DNA of 64,000 nt from an uncultured Rikenellaceae bacterium (GTDB lineage Bacteria > Bacteroidota > Bacteroidia > Bacteroidales > VadinHA17): positions 11,429 to 75,428 of the forward strand of contig CAZXAM010000003.1 of assembly GCA_964638545.1 (NCBI GenBank), in the 5' to 3' direction. Numbering within the stretch: the stretch's first letter is position 1; each line of letters starts with the position of its first letter. Shown one piece after another: positions 29,609 through 39,647 of this stretch. Below the pieces are notes generated by a model, which saw only the letters and a list, made by a program, of their open reading frames with translations, made no database searches and had not been told where the DNA came from. The position numbers were made by a program, and so were the translations under genes.

Positions 29609-30565
29609 TCAGACTCTTATATTGCTCTTAATTCTCTTCCCGACTGATTCTATGATTGCTCCAAGAATATTCGCGGCTTTGATGTTATAATCCCTTCTGC
29701 AGATCAGGAAGTTTTTGATAATCCTCAGAGGCTTGTCATAGAAGATGAATCTGGCGGCAGTTTCAATAAGTCCAATCTCAATTTCCTTTCCTGCTTTTGC
29801 TTCCAGATCAGAGAAGAGAGGATTATTCCCGGTCAATGATTTCATGGACTCTAGGAATTCCAGCACCCATATCTTATATTTTCTGAGTGCCTCCATCTTC
29901 TGGCAGTAATATTTATGGGATGAACTGATATTTTCTCCTGAATTTCTCCAGTTGCACAAAACCTCATTGACAAAAACTACTCCGTTTTCTTTTGCCAGCA
30001 GGCAGCAAGTTATATCGTCAGATGACCAACCTGATGGCATGCGATAAAATCCACCAATTTCATTTAGGGCCGCAGTCCTGAACATGAATTCCGTCACCAT
30101 CTGGTTCCTCTTCTTAATTATCCGGTTCCACATGAAATCCAGAACATCCTCATGTTCATTACAGGCCGAACTTATATCACTGGTCTCACCTTCAGAATTG
30201 ATGAGCCTAAGCCTGCAGTGAATGACATTAATCTCAGGAAATTTATTTGCTTTTTCAAGTAATTTTACAAAAAAATCCGGTTCATAATAATCATCATCTG
30301 ACGCCAACACGAAGTATTTTCCAGCGGCTTTCTTCAGAATGTCATTCCAGCATGATACCAGATCCTTCCCTCCGACATTCTGCTCATTAATAAAATATCG
30401 TATCCTGGGATCATTAAACTTTTTAATTACCGCATCGACCGGATCAGGAGAAGCATCATTTATGATTATCAGCTCAAAGTCCCTGAAAGTCTGGGCCAGA
30501 ATACTTTGCACTGCAATTTCAAGATACTTGCTTTTATAGGCTGGCAACCCTATGCTTAACAACAT
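29609..30565 (-). CDS. Glycosyltransferase family 2
   Basis: LSIGLPAYKSKYLEIAVQSILAQTFRDFELIIINDASPD and the later DDD motif. Confidence 0.85.
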   Translation of the reverse strand: MLLSIGLPAYKSKYLEIAVQSILAQTFRDFELIIINDASPDPVDAVIKKFNDPRIRYFINEQNVGGKDLVSCWNDILKKAAGKYFVLASDDDYYEPDFFVKLLEKANKFPEINVIHCRLRLINSEGETSDISSACNEHEDVLDFMWNRIIKKRNQMVTEFMFRTAALNEIGGFYRMPSGWSSDDITCCLLAKENGVVFVNEVLCNWRNSGENISSSHKYYCQKMEALRKYKIWVLEFLESMKSLTGNNPLFSDLEAKAGKEIEIGLIETAARFIFYDKPLRIIKNFLICRRDYNIKAANILGAIIESVGKRIKSNIRV

Positions 30566-30593
30566 GATGAAGAAATATAGTGACTAATATAAG

Positions 30594-31553
30594 CTAATTT
30601 CTGACCTGCTTTTTCCGAAGAAAAAAAGCAGCCTGGTCTCCTTTTTGCCTCCTGTTGAGATAAGCAGCTTTCCTTTCATAATTACTAATCTGTTTCCTGG
30701 TAAAAACAGACCTTTCGGGAGACTTCTGAAATGAATCATCAGAATTCAGATGGATACTATTCAGAACCTGCTCACTTCCCCAGAACTGGAAACTTGTTGA
30801 ATCATATACCGCTTTGTCAATTGAGAATCCGGTTCTCACGGCCAGAGTCTCCATACTCTTTAAAGAATGAAGGTAGAAATGCCTTGGAGCATCTATTTGT
30901 ACCCAGCTTGTTCCGTAATGCTCCCATGCCCATGAATCAACGGTTGGGATCCGTATCATGCATAATCCTCCCTCTGAAAGAAGTTCCCTTACCCTGGTCA
31001 ACTCCTCAAACGGATTCTTAATATGTTCAAAGGAATGATGGTATGTTATCAGGTCCCATACTCCCTCCATCTCCATCAAAGACTTCCTTTCCACCTTTAC
31101 TCCATCTGAATATGATATCGTAACATCAATGAATGGATCAATGCCCTCCACATTGGCAAATCCTATTTGCTTCAATCTCCGGATAAGGCTTCCATCACCG
31201 CATCCAACATCGAGAATCTTGCTTTCAGGAGGCATCGTGGTATATAATCCAATAAGATCTGCCGGGAAAAGGGAGAGGAGAATCCTTCCAGTTATCGTAC
31301 CTCCAAATGCAGCATACTTGTCACGTTTTTTTTTCAGTAACAGTTTCAATCTTGAATCTTCCGAAACAGGAGTACTATAGCTGTAATACCCTGAAGAGTA
31401 ATATTTCGACAGATCCTTTGGAAATTCAGCTATCTGCAGGCAGCCACAGGCAGGGCATTTAAAATATTCAAAAATTTCCTTCAGGCCAAACATCATTTCC
31501 CTGACATGGAAAGTTTCATGGCCTTCAGCGTTATCACAAATTCGGCACTTCAT
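30594..31553 (-). CDS. Class I SAM-dependent methyltransferase with N-terminal Cys4 zinc ribbon
   Basis: CRIC...CPACG at the N-terminus and motif I ILDVGCGDG. Confidence 0.8.
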   Translation of the reverse strand: MKCRICDNAEGHETFHVREMMFGLKEIFEYFKCPACGCLQIAEFPKDLSKYYSSGYYSYSTPVSEDSRLKLLLKKKRDKYAAFGGTITGRILLSLFPADLIGLYTTMPPESKILDVGCGDGSLIRRLKQIGFANVEGIDPFIDVTISYSDGVKVERKSLMEMEGVWDLITYHHSFEHIKNPFEELTRVRELLSEGGLCMIRIPTVDSWAWEHYGTSWVQIDAPRHFYLHSLKSMETLAVRTGFSIDKAVYDSTSFQFWGSEQVLNSIHLNSDDSFQKSPERSVFTRKQISNYERKAAYLNRRQKGDQAAFFLRKKQVRN

Positions 31554-31568
31554 CAGCAGAAGTCAATG

Positions 31569-32954
31569 TCATCGTTTATAACCGTTTCTAAATGAAAGGT
31601 ATTTCAGATCGTTGCAGGAGATTTTCAGATCCTTGATAACCTCATAAGGCCATTTCCAGCTCTGGTAGGCAATGTCGACAAGTCCCGGAGCAAGGAAAAG
31701 ACTTAAAAGGCCGATGTTTGTCCAACCGAGAAATATATACATCAGAAGAGCTGTGGCCAGGCCTGAGATTATTGACGGCCTGAAGAACGGAACCTCATTT
31801 TTTGTCAGCAGGATGCCTCCGGCAGAAGCATGATTCATCTCAAGAAAGGAGACAATCATCGCCAATAGGAAAATAGATCCCGGGACCAGTACTGTTTCAG
31901 AATTAATAAGTTTCAGTGCAGGATCTCCGAAAAAGTATATTACAAGTGCACCTGAGAAAAAGATTATGACGGAGAAGAAGGTTCCCTTGACATAGATCTC
32001 CCTGATTCGTTCGATATTTCCATCGACCCTGCATTTGACGATCAGCGGAAGAAATGTTGTAAGATAAATTGGAGCAAGTCCGGCAAGTATATCAAGCACC
32101 TGCCTTGTAATGCCTACAGATGCAATATCCTTTAGCGGCAGGTAGAATGAACCAATGAACACAGCCGATTTGGTGATCAGAATACCTCCCAATGCCGTTA
32201 GTCCCAGCTTCAGCGCATTTGGATAGACTGCCTTCAATACTTCCTTTCTGCTGTTTTTCTTTGCATTCCTTAGATTATGCCGCAGCTCCTTTGTAAAAAA
32301 GGCCCGGTGGGCAAGCACCCTGGCAACAAGTACATAAACAAGCTGTGACGACACTATAGCTACAATCCCGAAGCCCTGCATAAGAAGGAAATACGCGACT
32401 AAGAGGAATAGCATCTGTGAGAGAATTATTATCTGCTTAGACTTTTTAATAAGACCTTTCCCCACAAGCAGGGCATCATAGTAGAAAGTATAGAGATTCC
32501 AGGCATTGACCAGGCACAGGATTCCCCATGCTAAGAATGCAGAATTTTTATCACCTCCGTAATTCCGGAGTATGAAGCTAATATACCACGTTCCTGCAGT
32601 TGCAAGGAGGATCATGGCTATAAACGCTATCCTGAAATAAAGCCATCTCATAGAGGCAATCGCCCCCTTCAGCAGATCATAATCAACTCCTCCGTTTTCC
32701 ACGGAAGAAGTGAATCCCTGAGGTTTCAGCTCCTTAACGCCGCTGAAAATATATGTGATATTGCGGCTAAATGATGAGCTGAAGCCAAAGTCAAAAAGGT
32801 TCACAATGAATGTCACCGACATGAAGATGGTCCACAGACCGACTTCATCGGCTGGAAGAAGCTTCAGAATAACCGGCAGCAGCAAGGCAGTGGAGGCAAT
32901 CCGAAAGAAAGTTGCGAAGAAACTCCAGACTACATCAACTTTTGTTATCTGCAT
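31569..32954 (-). CDS. Polysaccharide flippase (Wzx / MOP superfamily)
   Basis: 461 aa with about 12-14 TM helices, located at the 5' side of the glycosyltransferase block. Confidence 0.75.
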   Translation of the reverse strand: MQITKVDVVWSFFATFFRIASTALLLPVILKLLPADEVGLWTIFMSVTFIVNLFDFGFSSSFSRNITYIFSGVKELKPQGFTSSVENGGVDYDLLKGAIASMRWLYFRIAFIAMILLATAGTWYISFILRNYGGDKNSAFLAWGILCLVNAWNLYTFYYDALLVGKGLIKKSKQIIILSQMLFLLVAYFLLMQGFGIVAIVSSQLVYVLVARVLAHRAFFTKELRHNLRNAKKNSRKEVLKAVYPNALKLGLTALGGILITKSAVFIGSFYLPLKDIASVGITRQVLDILAGLAPIYLTTFLPLIVKCRVDGNIERIREIYVKGTFFSVIIFFSGALVIYFFGDPALKLINSETVLVPGSIFLLAMIVSFLEMNHASAGGILLTKNEVPFFRPSIISGLATALLMYIFLGWTNIGLLSLFLAPGLVDIAYQSWKWPYEVIKDLKISCNDLKYLSFRNGYKR

Positions 32955-33042
32955 AAATTACAGCTTTCGCATCGTCAGTTACATGCAAATAATAAACATA
33001 TACCTGATTATCTGATATTTAGATATAGGAATGTAACAAATG

Positions 33043-34026
33043 TTACAAATTATTCCAGAACCATTCAACAGCTTTGTGCAGACCTTCAGTCACATTCAGA
33101 GAGGGAGAATAGCCAAGGAGTTTCCGTGCCTTTTCAATAGACGCTTGTGAATGTGGTATATCACCTGCCCTTTCGGATCCGTACACCGGTTTAATCTTAA
33201 GTATCTCACTATCGAATTTACCAGCAGATTCCCGGATAATGTCTAAAAGCTGATTGAGAGTGGTCCTCTCACCGTGAGCAACGTTAAAAACCTGGTTAAT
33301 TGCAGATCTGTTGCCGGTTATCACTGCCAGGTGGTTTGCCTGGATAACATTATCAACATATGTAAAATCGCGTGAATAGCTTCCATCGCCATTGATTTTA
33401 GGCGACTCATGGTTCATCAATTGCTTGACAAACTTTGGTATGACGGCAGCATAGGCACCGTCAGGATCCTGGCGGCGTCCGAAAACATTAAAATACCTGA
33501 GGCCGATGACTTCAATTCCGTAATTAGCTGAAAAATTAGCAGCATAGAGTTCATCAGCAAATTTTGTTATTGCATAAGGAGAAAGAGGATTCCCGATCTT
33601 TTCTTCTACCTTAGGAAGGTCGGGATGATCACCATAGGTTGAAGAGCTTGCAGCATAGATGAATCTCTTCACCCCTGCTTCCTTTGAAGCAAAAAGCATT
33701 TTCACAAAACCACCGATATTTACATCGGTAGTACTCACAGGATCTTTCAGTGAACGAGGCACAGAGCCCAGAGCGGCCTGGTGCAGAACATATTCAATCC
33801 CTGAAACAGCCTTAACACAATCATTGTAGTTGCGGATATCTCCTTCGATCAGGGTAAATCCGGGATGACCGAGAAAATCCTTAATATTCTCCCTTTTGCC
33901 GGTTGAGAAATTATCAAGGCATGTTACAATATTCCCGTTCTGCAAAAGAGATTCCACCAGGTTTGAACCTATAAAACCGGCGCCCCCTGTTACCAGCACC
34001 CGGCTATTCTTCAAGAGTTTTTCCAT
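33043..34026 (-). CDS. NAD-dependent UDP-HexNAc(A) 4-epimerase (WbpP/TviC-like SDR)
   Basis: VTGGAGFIGSNL, LDNFSTGKRENI, SPYAITK, GLRYFNVFGRRQDPDGAYAAVIPKF and INGDGSYSRDFTYVDNV are present. Confidence 0.9.
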   Translation of the reverse strand: MEKLLKNSRVLVTGGAGFIGSNLVESLLQNGNIVTCLDNFSTGKRENIKDFLGHPGFTLIEGDIRNYNDCVKAVSGIEYVLHQAALGSVPRSLKDPVSTTDVNIGGFVKMLFASKEAGVKRFIYAASSSTYGDHPDLPKVEEKIGNPLSPYAITKFADELYAANFSANYGIEVIGLRYFNVFGRRQDPDGAYAAVIPKFVKQLMNHESPKINGDGSYSRDFTYVDNVIQANHLAVITGNRSAINQVFNVAHGERTTLNQLLDIIRESAGKFDSEILKIKPVYGSERAGDIPHSQASIEKARKLLGYSPSLNVTEGLHKAVEWFWNNL

Positions 34027-34057
34027 ACTTCAGAAAATCAACAATAAATATTAATGA

Positions 34058-35221
34058 TTAAAGTTGGTCGAACAACGACATTATCTCTTTAACAATGAAT
34101 TCAGATGTTCTGCCATCTCCGTAGAAAGCCGGATACTCAGGTTCTTTTGAATCAGTCATGAACCGGCTGAATTCTTTCCTGATTTTCTCGGCATCAGCGT
34201 CGACAAGGACTGCCGTCCCATTCTTGACCAGCTCGATCCATTCTGTCTCTTTTCTCAGCACCAGGCATGGTTTCTTAAAGAAATGAGACTCCTTCTGTAC
34301 ACCTCCCGAATCAGTTATGATCATTTTACTTGATTTCTCAAGCAAGGTCATTTCAAGAAATGAGACCGGAGGAACAATTGTAATATTTAGATTCTTAAGC
34401 AGTTCGGCGTAGAGTGGTTCAAGTCTGGTCTTCAGGGTATTTGTAGTTCTGGGATGCAAGGGCATCACAAATTTAATCGAGTATTCACCGGCCAGCAAGC
34501 TCAGGGTTCTTAAAATAGTTTCCAGCCTTGATATATCATCAGTGTTGGCTTCCCTGTGAATTGTCGCAAGAATGAACCTGCCGGGCACAAGTCCCAGATC
34601 ATTTAACCATGCGGTTTTCTTTCTTTCAGCCAGATCTGCGAAGAAGAGGGTGTTATCGTACATGATATCGCCGGTAAAATAGATCTTGGGATTATCGATG
34701 TTGTACGGGGGACTGTTCTCCGGCCTGAATCCTTCCCTCATAAGGTTCTTGAATGCAGCATTTGTGGGTGCAAAAAGAAGCGTGGATGCATGGTCGCTCA
34801 TTATCCTGTTTAGTTCCTCAGGCATCATTTTGTTGAATGACCTGAGACCTGCTTCGATGTGCACAACAGGAAAATGGAGCTTGGCAGCTGCAACAGCACC
34901 AGCCAGGGTTGAGTTGGTATCGCCATACAGTATTACGCAATCGGGTTTCTCCTTCTGGAGTATCTCCTCAATGCCGGTAATCATGAGTGAAGTCTGCCGT
35001 CCATGGCTTGATGATCCCACACTCAGGTTATAATCAGGTTTGTGCAGTTCGAGTTCCTCAAAGAACACATCAGAAAGCTCTTTGTCGTAATGCTGGCCTG
35101 TATGAACGATAATTTCTTTTATCCTATTGGAATAGTTCGATCTGATTGCCCTGCTGATAGCTGAGGCTTTAATTATCTGCGGCCTTGCTCCGACTATGTT
35201 GACTAATTTAATATAATTCAT
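34058..35221 (-). CDS. wecB: UDP-N-acetylglucosamine 2-epimerase (non-hydrolysing)
   Basis: Start set at ATG 35221 (MNYIKLVNIVGARPQIIKA). HTGQHYD, DTNSTLAGA and ITDSGGVQKE motifs are present. Confidence 0.9.
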   Translation of the reverse strand: MNYIKLVNIVGARPQIIKASAISRAIRSNYSNRIKEIIVHTGQHYDKELSDVFFEELELHKPDYNLSVGSSSHGRQTSLMITGIEEILQKEKPDCVILYGDTNSTLAGAVAAAKLHFPVVHIEAGLRSFNKMMPEELNRIMSDHASTLLFAPTNAAFKNLMREGFRPENSPPYNIDNPKIYFTGDIMYDNTLFFADLAERKKTAWLNDLGLVPGRFILATIHREANTDDISRLETILRTLSLLAGEYSIKFVMPLHPRTTNTLKTRLEPLYAELLKNLNITIVPPVSFLEMTLLEKSSKMIITDSGGVQKESHFFKKPCLVLRKETEWIELVKNGTAVLVDADAEKIRKEFSRFMTDSKEPEYPAFYGDGRTSEFIVKEIMSLFDQL

Positions 35222-35329
35222 TGCCAGTTTTGTCCGGGAACTCAAAGGTAGCAAAATATCCTTCAGGGGAAAGAATTTTCAAGTTGGTTTTGATGAACAG
35301 GGTAAAATCAGCCACAAAGAGGCCAACAG

Positions 35330-35373
35330 AAAACATAAAGGGCACACAGGTGCATTGATCCTATGTGCCCTTT
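35330..35373 (-). terminator. Intrinsic terminator after rny
   Basis: AAAGGGCACA/TGTGCCCTTT forms a 10-bp stem with a 16-nt loop, followed on the minus strand by a T-rich run (TTATGTTTTC). Confidence 0.6.
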
Positions 35374-35386
35374 AATAAGAGGATAA

Positions 35387-36949
35387 CTATTTTGCGTAGT
35401 TGACTGCCCTGGTTTCCCGGATAACGGTAATTTTTATCTGGCCAGGGTAGGTCATTTCATTCTGGATCTTTTTGGCGATTTCGAACGAGAGTCCTTCAGC
35501 CTCCTTATCGGTAACCTTCTCGGCTCCGACAATAACTCTGAGCTCACGTCCTGCCTGTATCGCATATGTTTTCATAACACCAGGATACTGGAGGGCAAGA
35601 GATTCGAGTTCTTTCAGTCTCTTTATATATGATTCTACAACTTCACGGCGGGCTCCGGGGCGGGCTCCGGAAATTGCATCGCACACCTGGACTATCGGAG
35701 CTAAAAGAGTAGTCATTTCCGTTTCATCGTGATGGGATCCGATAGCATTGCATATTTCCGGTTTCTCCTTATATTTTTCAGCCATTTTCATGCCAAGCAC
35801 TGCATGCGGAAGTTCCGGCTCATCATCGGGTACTTTCCCTATATCATGAAGAAGTCCTGCCCTCTTGGCAAGCTTTGAATTCAGTCCGAGTTCTGCCGCC
35901 ATTATTGATGCCAGGTTAGCAACCTCGCGTGAATGCATCAGCAGGTTCTGGCCATATGAAGACCTGTACTTCATTTTCCCAACCAGGCGTACAAGCTCAG
36001 GATGCAGGCCATGGATGCCCAGATCGATAGCTGTTCTCTTTCCTACTTCGAGGATCTCCTCCTCCACCTGCTTTTTGGTTTTTTCCACAATCTCCTCTAT
36101 TCTTGCCGGATGGATCCTTCCGTCTGTCACAAGCTGATGGAGAGCCAGTCTTGCTATTTCCCTCCTTACGGGGTCGAAAGCTGAAAGGACTATTGCCTCA
36201 GGTGTGTCATCAACTATGATTTCCACTCCTGTTGCAGCTTCGAGGGCCCGGATGTTTCTTCCCTCGCGGCCGATTATCCTACCCTTCATTTCATCAGATT
36301 CAATATGGAAAACAGTGACGGCGTTTTCGATTGCATTTTCGGCAGCGACTCTTTGAATTGTCTGTATCACAATCCTTTTCGCTTCCTTATTGGCGGTCAT
36401 CTTGGCTTCATCGAGGATCTCATTGATATACGACATGGCTCCTGTCTTTGCCTCCTCCTTAAGGGATTCCATCAGGAGGTTTTTAGCGTCTTCCGCTGAC
36501 AGGCCGGATATCTGTTCAAGCTGTTCAACCTGCTGCTTATGGTACTTTGTCAGTTCCTCATTGCGCTTTTCGACCAGTTCCATCTGGGCGTTCAGGTTAT
36601 CCCGCATTGTATCTGTTTCGTTTCGTTTACGCTGGGTTTCCTCAATTTTTTGATTGAGCGTAAGTTCCTTCTGCTTGATCCTGTTTTCAGCCTGTGAAAT
36701 CCGGTTATTCTTCTCATTTATCACCTTCTCGTGTTCCGATTTAAGCTGAAGAAATCTTTCCTTGGCCTGAAGAATTTTTTCTTTTTTTATAACTTCTGCC
36801 TCAGTTTCAGCATCGGTGATTATTCTTTTCCGCTTGCTCTCAAGAGCGTTCTGCCAGACCAGGAAAGATATCCCAAAGCCTGCAACCAATGCAGCTGCCG
36901 AGAGCGTTATGGTCAGCCACACAGGTATTGTTCCTATTAATTGAATCAT
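35387..36949 (-). CDS. rny: Ribonuclease Y
   Basis: 520 aa with an N-terminal TM, a long coiled coil, a KH domain ([15 protein letters not shown]) and an HD domain (GLLHDIGK). Confidence 0.95.
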   Translation of the reverse strand: MIQLIGTIPVWLTITLSAAALVAGFGISFLVWQNALESKRKRIITDAETEAEVIKKEKILQAKERFLQLKSEHEKVINEKNNRISQAENRIKQKELTLNQKIEETQRKRNETDTMRDNLNAQMELVEKRNEELTKYHKQQVEQLEQISGLSAEDAKNLLMESLKEEAKTGAMSYINEILDEAKMTANKEAKRIVIQTIQRVAAENAIENAVTVFHIESDEMKGRIIGREGRNIRALEAATGVEIIVDDTPEAIVLSAFDPVRREIARLALHQLVTDGRIHPARIEEIVEKTKKQVEEEILEVGKRTAIDLGIHGLHPELVRLVGKMKYRSSYGQNLLMHSREVANLASIMAAELGLNSKLAKRAGLLHDIGKVPDDEPELPHAVLGMKMAEKYKEKPEICNAIGSHHDETEMTTLLAPIVQVCDAISGARPGARREVVESYIKRLKELESLALQYPGVMKTYAIQAGRELRVIVGAEKVTDKEAEGLSFEIAKKIQNEMTYPGQIKITVIRETRAVNYAK

Positions 36950-37022
36950 AAGTATCGATATTATATTATAAATAAAAAACCCGCAAAGTTCCTCCAGCTT
37001 TTATAAAACCCCATATCATAAA

Positions 37023-37128
37023 TGGTTGGAGCTTCTAATCCGGTCCGAACTTCCACTGTCCCGAGAAATCGGGATCCCCGCCTAAGCGGGACTGCGGCCT
37101 GTTCTCGCTGAACTAAGTCCAGCTCCAA
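37023..37128. ncRNA. Candidate structured RNA element (class unknown) in the zapA-rny spacer
   Basis: An 8-bp closing stem (TTGGAGCT 37026-33 / AGCTCCAA 37121-28) encloses two adjacent tetraloop hairpins (TCCCGA-gaaa-TCGGGA 37059-74; CCCGC-ctaa-GCGGG 37077-90), plus further helices that allow a four-way junction. The region is GC-rich in an AT-rich 254-nt non-coding gap. Confidence 0.3.
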
Positions 37129-37203
37129 AGTTTTAACTGTTGAGTTTCAAAAATGAATGAAGAAACGATGCGGGCAATTTTATTGCTATGTTAAAGAACG
37201 CTG

Positions 37204-37497
37204 TTACTCTTTTGTATCAAGCACTGAATCGATTTTCTGAATCAGCTCCTTAATGGCATCCGGGAGATATCCGTTATCAAGTTTTTCTTCTTCCTCTGTA
37301 AGCTTGATCACGTACTGCAGAGCAGCCATAGCCAGAAAATCCTGTACATCCTTATCAGCGTACCGCTGCTTGTATTGCAGCACCTTTTCATTGATCATCC
37401 TGGCAGCTTTCCTGATCTTCTCTTCATTTTCCCGTTCCACTTTCAATGGATAATACCTGTCCGCCACATTGACCCTGATCGATAGCTTATCATCCAT
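37204..37497 (-). CDS. zapA: Cell division protein ZapA
   Basis: 97 aa. LSIRVNVADRYYPLKVERENEEKIRKAARMINEKV is the typical ZapA N-terminal pattern. Confidence 0.85.
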   Translation of the reverse strand: MDDKLSIRVNVADRYYPLKVERENEEKIRKAARMINEKVLQYKQRYADKDVQDFLAMAALQYVIKLTEEEEKLDNGYLPDAIKELIQKIDSVLDTKE

Positions 37498-37506
37498 TGT
37501 TATATT

Positions 37507-37800
37507 TTATCTGTTCAAAAGAGCAACACATCTGTCTATTTCCCGCACTAATTCCATTATCTTCTTTTTTGCTTCCGTTCCGTTCTCTCCTTCACCCAAC
37601 AGTGCTCCTGCTAGCTTTATTCTTTCATATTTAATTTCCAATTCCTTTATTCTGGCATCCCGGTCATCAAGCATTTTCCTCAATGCTTCGCTTCCGGTTT
37701 TAAGATCCGTGTATTCAGTCTTCAGGTTATTATATTTATTAAACAGTTCATCAAGCTTAATGTTCAGAATTTTTAATTCTTCATAACCCTGAGCTGACAT
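37507..37800 (-). CDS. Small coiled-coil protein (ZapB-like partner upstream of zapA)
   Basis: Start set at ATG 37800 (MSAQGYEELKILNIKLDELFNKYNNLKTEY...). It has heptad-rich sequence and is 97 aa. The track extension to 38040 would overlap the divergent M23 gene. Confidence 0.7.
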   Translation of the reverse strand: MSAQGYEELKILNIKLDELFNKYNNLKTEYTDLKTGSEALRKMLDDRDARIKELEIKYERIKLAGALLGEGENGTEAKKKIMELVREIDRCVALLNR

Positions 37801-37921
37801 AGCGAATTCTTTGTACAAAGTTAGCATAGTTAATGAAATTTTCAAAAAAACACAATGAAATAGTTTGTTCAGACCGGTCATAAGTTTAGTTTTGCACAAC
37901 CAGAAAACAAATGAAATCCAC

Positions 37922-39640
37922 ATGCTGATTTTAAGACTTGCCTTTTTAAGCATATTTTTTTTCAACAACTCTAATTGGAAACCGGAAGACAAACCGCTTT
38001 TTGTCTCTCCGGTAAAGATCCCTCTGGCACTCTCAGCCAACTTTGGGGAGCTTAGGATCGACCATTTTCATTCAGGAGTCGATATCAAAACCCAGGGCGT
38101 GACCGGCAAGGAAGTTGTAGCTGCCGCTGACGGATACATTTACAGGATAAGCATATCTCCAAACGGTTTCGGCAAGGCGCTTTATATAAGACATCCTTCA
38201 GGGTATTCAACTGTTTACGGACACCTGGAAAGGTTCACGCCAGAGATTGATGAATTCGTGGAAAGGAGTCAATACGAAAAAAAAAGCTTTACTGTCAATC
38301 TCTATCCCGCGAAAGATAAATTTGCTTTCAGACAGGGCGATTTAATAGCCTATTCAGGAAATACAGGCGGTTCTTCAGGACCTCATCTGCACTATGAGAT
38401 CCGTAAAACCGAGACTGAGGAGCCCGTCAATCCGCTTCTTTACGACATGGATGTTACAGACAACATCAGACCTGTAATCGAAAGACTGGTCATATACCCG
38501 GCAGGGAACAATACGCTGATAAATGGCAGAAACTCAGTACTTAAAATGAAAGTGTCGGGAGAAGGAGGCAAATATTTTATATCAGCAGACAATGAGATAA
38601 GGATAAGCGGACCGGCAGGCTTTGGCATTAAATCTTTCGACCAGCTGAATGACAATCATAATAAATGCGCTGCCTACACAATAGAGCTGAAGGTTGACAG
38701 CATAACCAGGTTCCGTTATGCCATGGATAAGTTTTCTTTCAGTGAAACGAGGTATGTAAACAGCCACATCGATTATGAGGCCTACATGAAGGAAAACACT
38801 TATTATGAGAGAGCTTTTGTACTTCAGGGAGATCATTTGAGCGCTTACCAGAATGTCATAAACAAAGGGATATTTAATTTCATCGACAGCGGTAACCATT
38901 CGCTCGAGATCATTCTTGAGGATGCTCACAGGAACAGGTCTTCACTAAGCTTCAGGGTTAAAAGCGACCGTCCATCGATTCCTTCAGGAAGAAAGATCAG
39001 GGAGGGTGCTATCCCGATGGTTTACAACAGGCCGAACAGGTTCAGGGCAGAGAACATAACCCTTACAATTCCTTCCGGGGCACTCTACGACACACTGTTT
39101 TTCGTCTACAAAAAAGAGGCAGGCACACCGTTAATGTATTCGGATGTTCATTATGTACATAATAAGTTCACCCCGGTTCACAAAGCTTATACACTGTCAA
39201 TCAAACCATTTAATGTTCCTGCCGGGAAAAAATCCAAGATGCTCATAGTTCAGATGGGCAACGATTTCTCAAAAAGCTCCATTGGAGGTTCGTGGACAGA
39301 AGATTTTATTACAGCCAACGCTCAATCATTCGGAATGTTCTATGTAGGCATCGATACGGTGGCTCCCGGAATTTACCCTAATGGATTGACTTCAGGATCT
39401 GACCTGACAGGCAAAAGAGAACTCAGGATACGTATCCTTGACGATCTTTCCGGAATCAAGAGCTATGAACCGTTGATAGATGGCAAATGGGCTCTTTTCG
39501 AGTATGACCAGAAGAATAATGTTCTTGTGTACAGATTTGATCCTGAAAGAATTACGAAGGGCACGAAGCATAACCTGACACTTAAAATATCAGATAATGT
39601 GGACAACACCAGTAATTTTAATTGTGATTTTACCTGGTAA
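37922..39640 (+). CDS. M23-family metallopeptidase
   Basis: HSGVDIKT and GNTGGSSGPHLHYEIR motifs are present. Start set at ATG 37922 (MLILRLAFLSIFFF signal-like), because track start 37865 is TTG. Confidence 0.85.
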   Translation: MLILRLAFLSIFFFNNSNWKPEDKPLFVSPVKIPLALSANFGELRIDHFHSGVDIKTQGVTGKEVVAAADGYIYRISISPNGFGKALYIRHPSGYSTVYGHLERFTPEIDEFVERSQYEKKSFTVNLYPAKDKFAFRQGDLIAYSGNTGGSSGPHLHYEIRKTETEEPVNPLLYDMDVTDNIRPVIERLVIYPAGNNTLINGRNSVLKMKVSGEGGKYFISADNEIRISGPAGFGIKSFDQLNDNHNKCAAYTIELKVDSITRFRYAMDKFSFSETRYVNSHIDYEAYMKENTYYERAFVLQGDHLSAYQNVINKGIFNFIDSGNHSLEIILEDAHRNRSSLSFRVKSDRPSIPSGRKIREGAIPMVYNRPNRFRAENITLTIPSGALYDTLFFVYKKEAGTPLMYSDVHYVHNKFTPVHKAYTLSIKPFNVPAGKKSKMLIVQMGNDFSKSSIGGSWTEDFITANAQSFGMFYVGIDTVAPGIYPNGLTSGSDLTGKRELRIRILDDLSGIKSYEPLIDGKWALFEYDQKNNVLVYRFDPERITKGTKHNLTLKISDNVDNTSNFNCDFTW

Positions 39641-39647
39641 GAAAATA

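Noticed and set aside
37023-37128. Calling the zapA-rny structured element a tRNA, SRP RNA or 6S RNA
   Set aside because: It has an acceptor-like stem followed by A-CCA, but at 105 nt it is too long for a tRNA. It has no 7-nt anticodon loop and no GTTCRANYC-type T-loop. It lacks the SRP GGAAGCAGC-type motif. It is too short, and not a long bulged hairpin, for a canonical 6S. It is kept only as an unclassified candidate.
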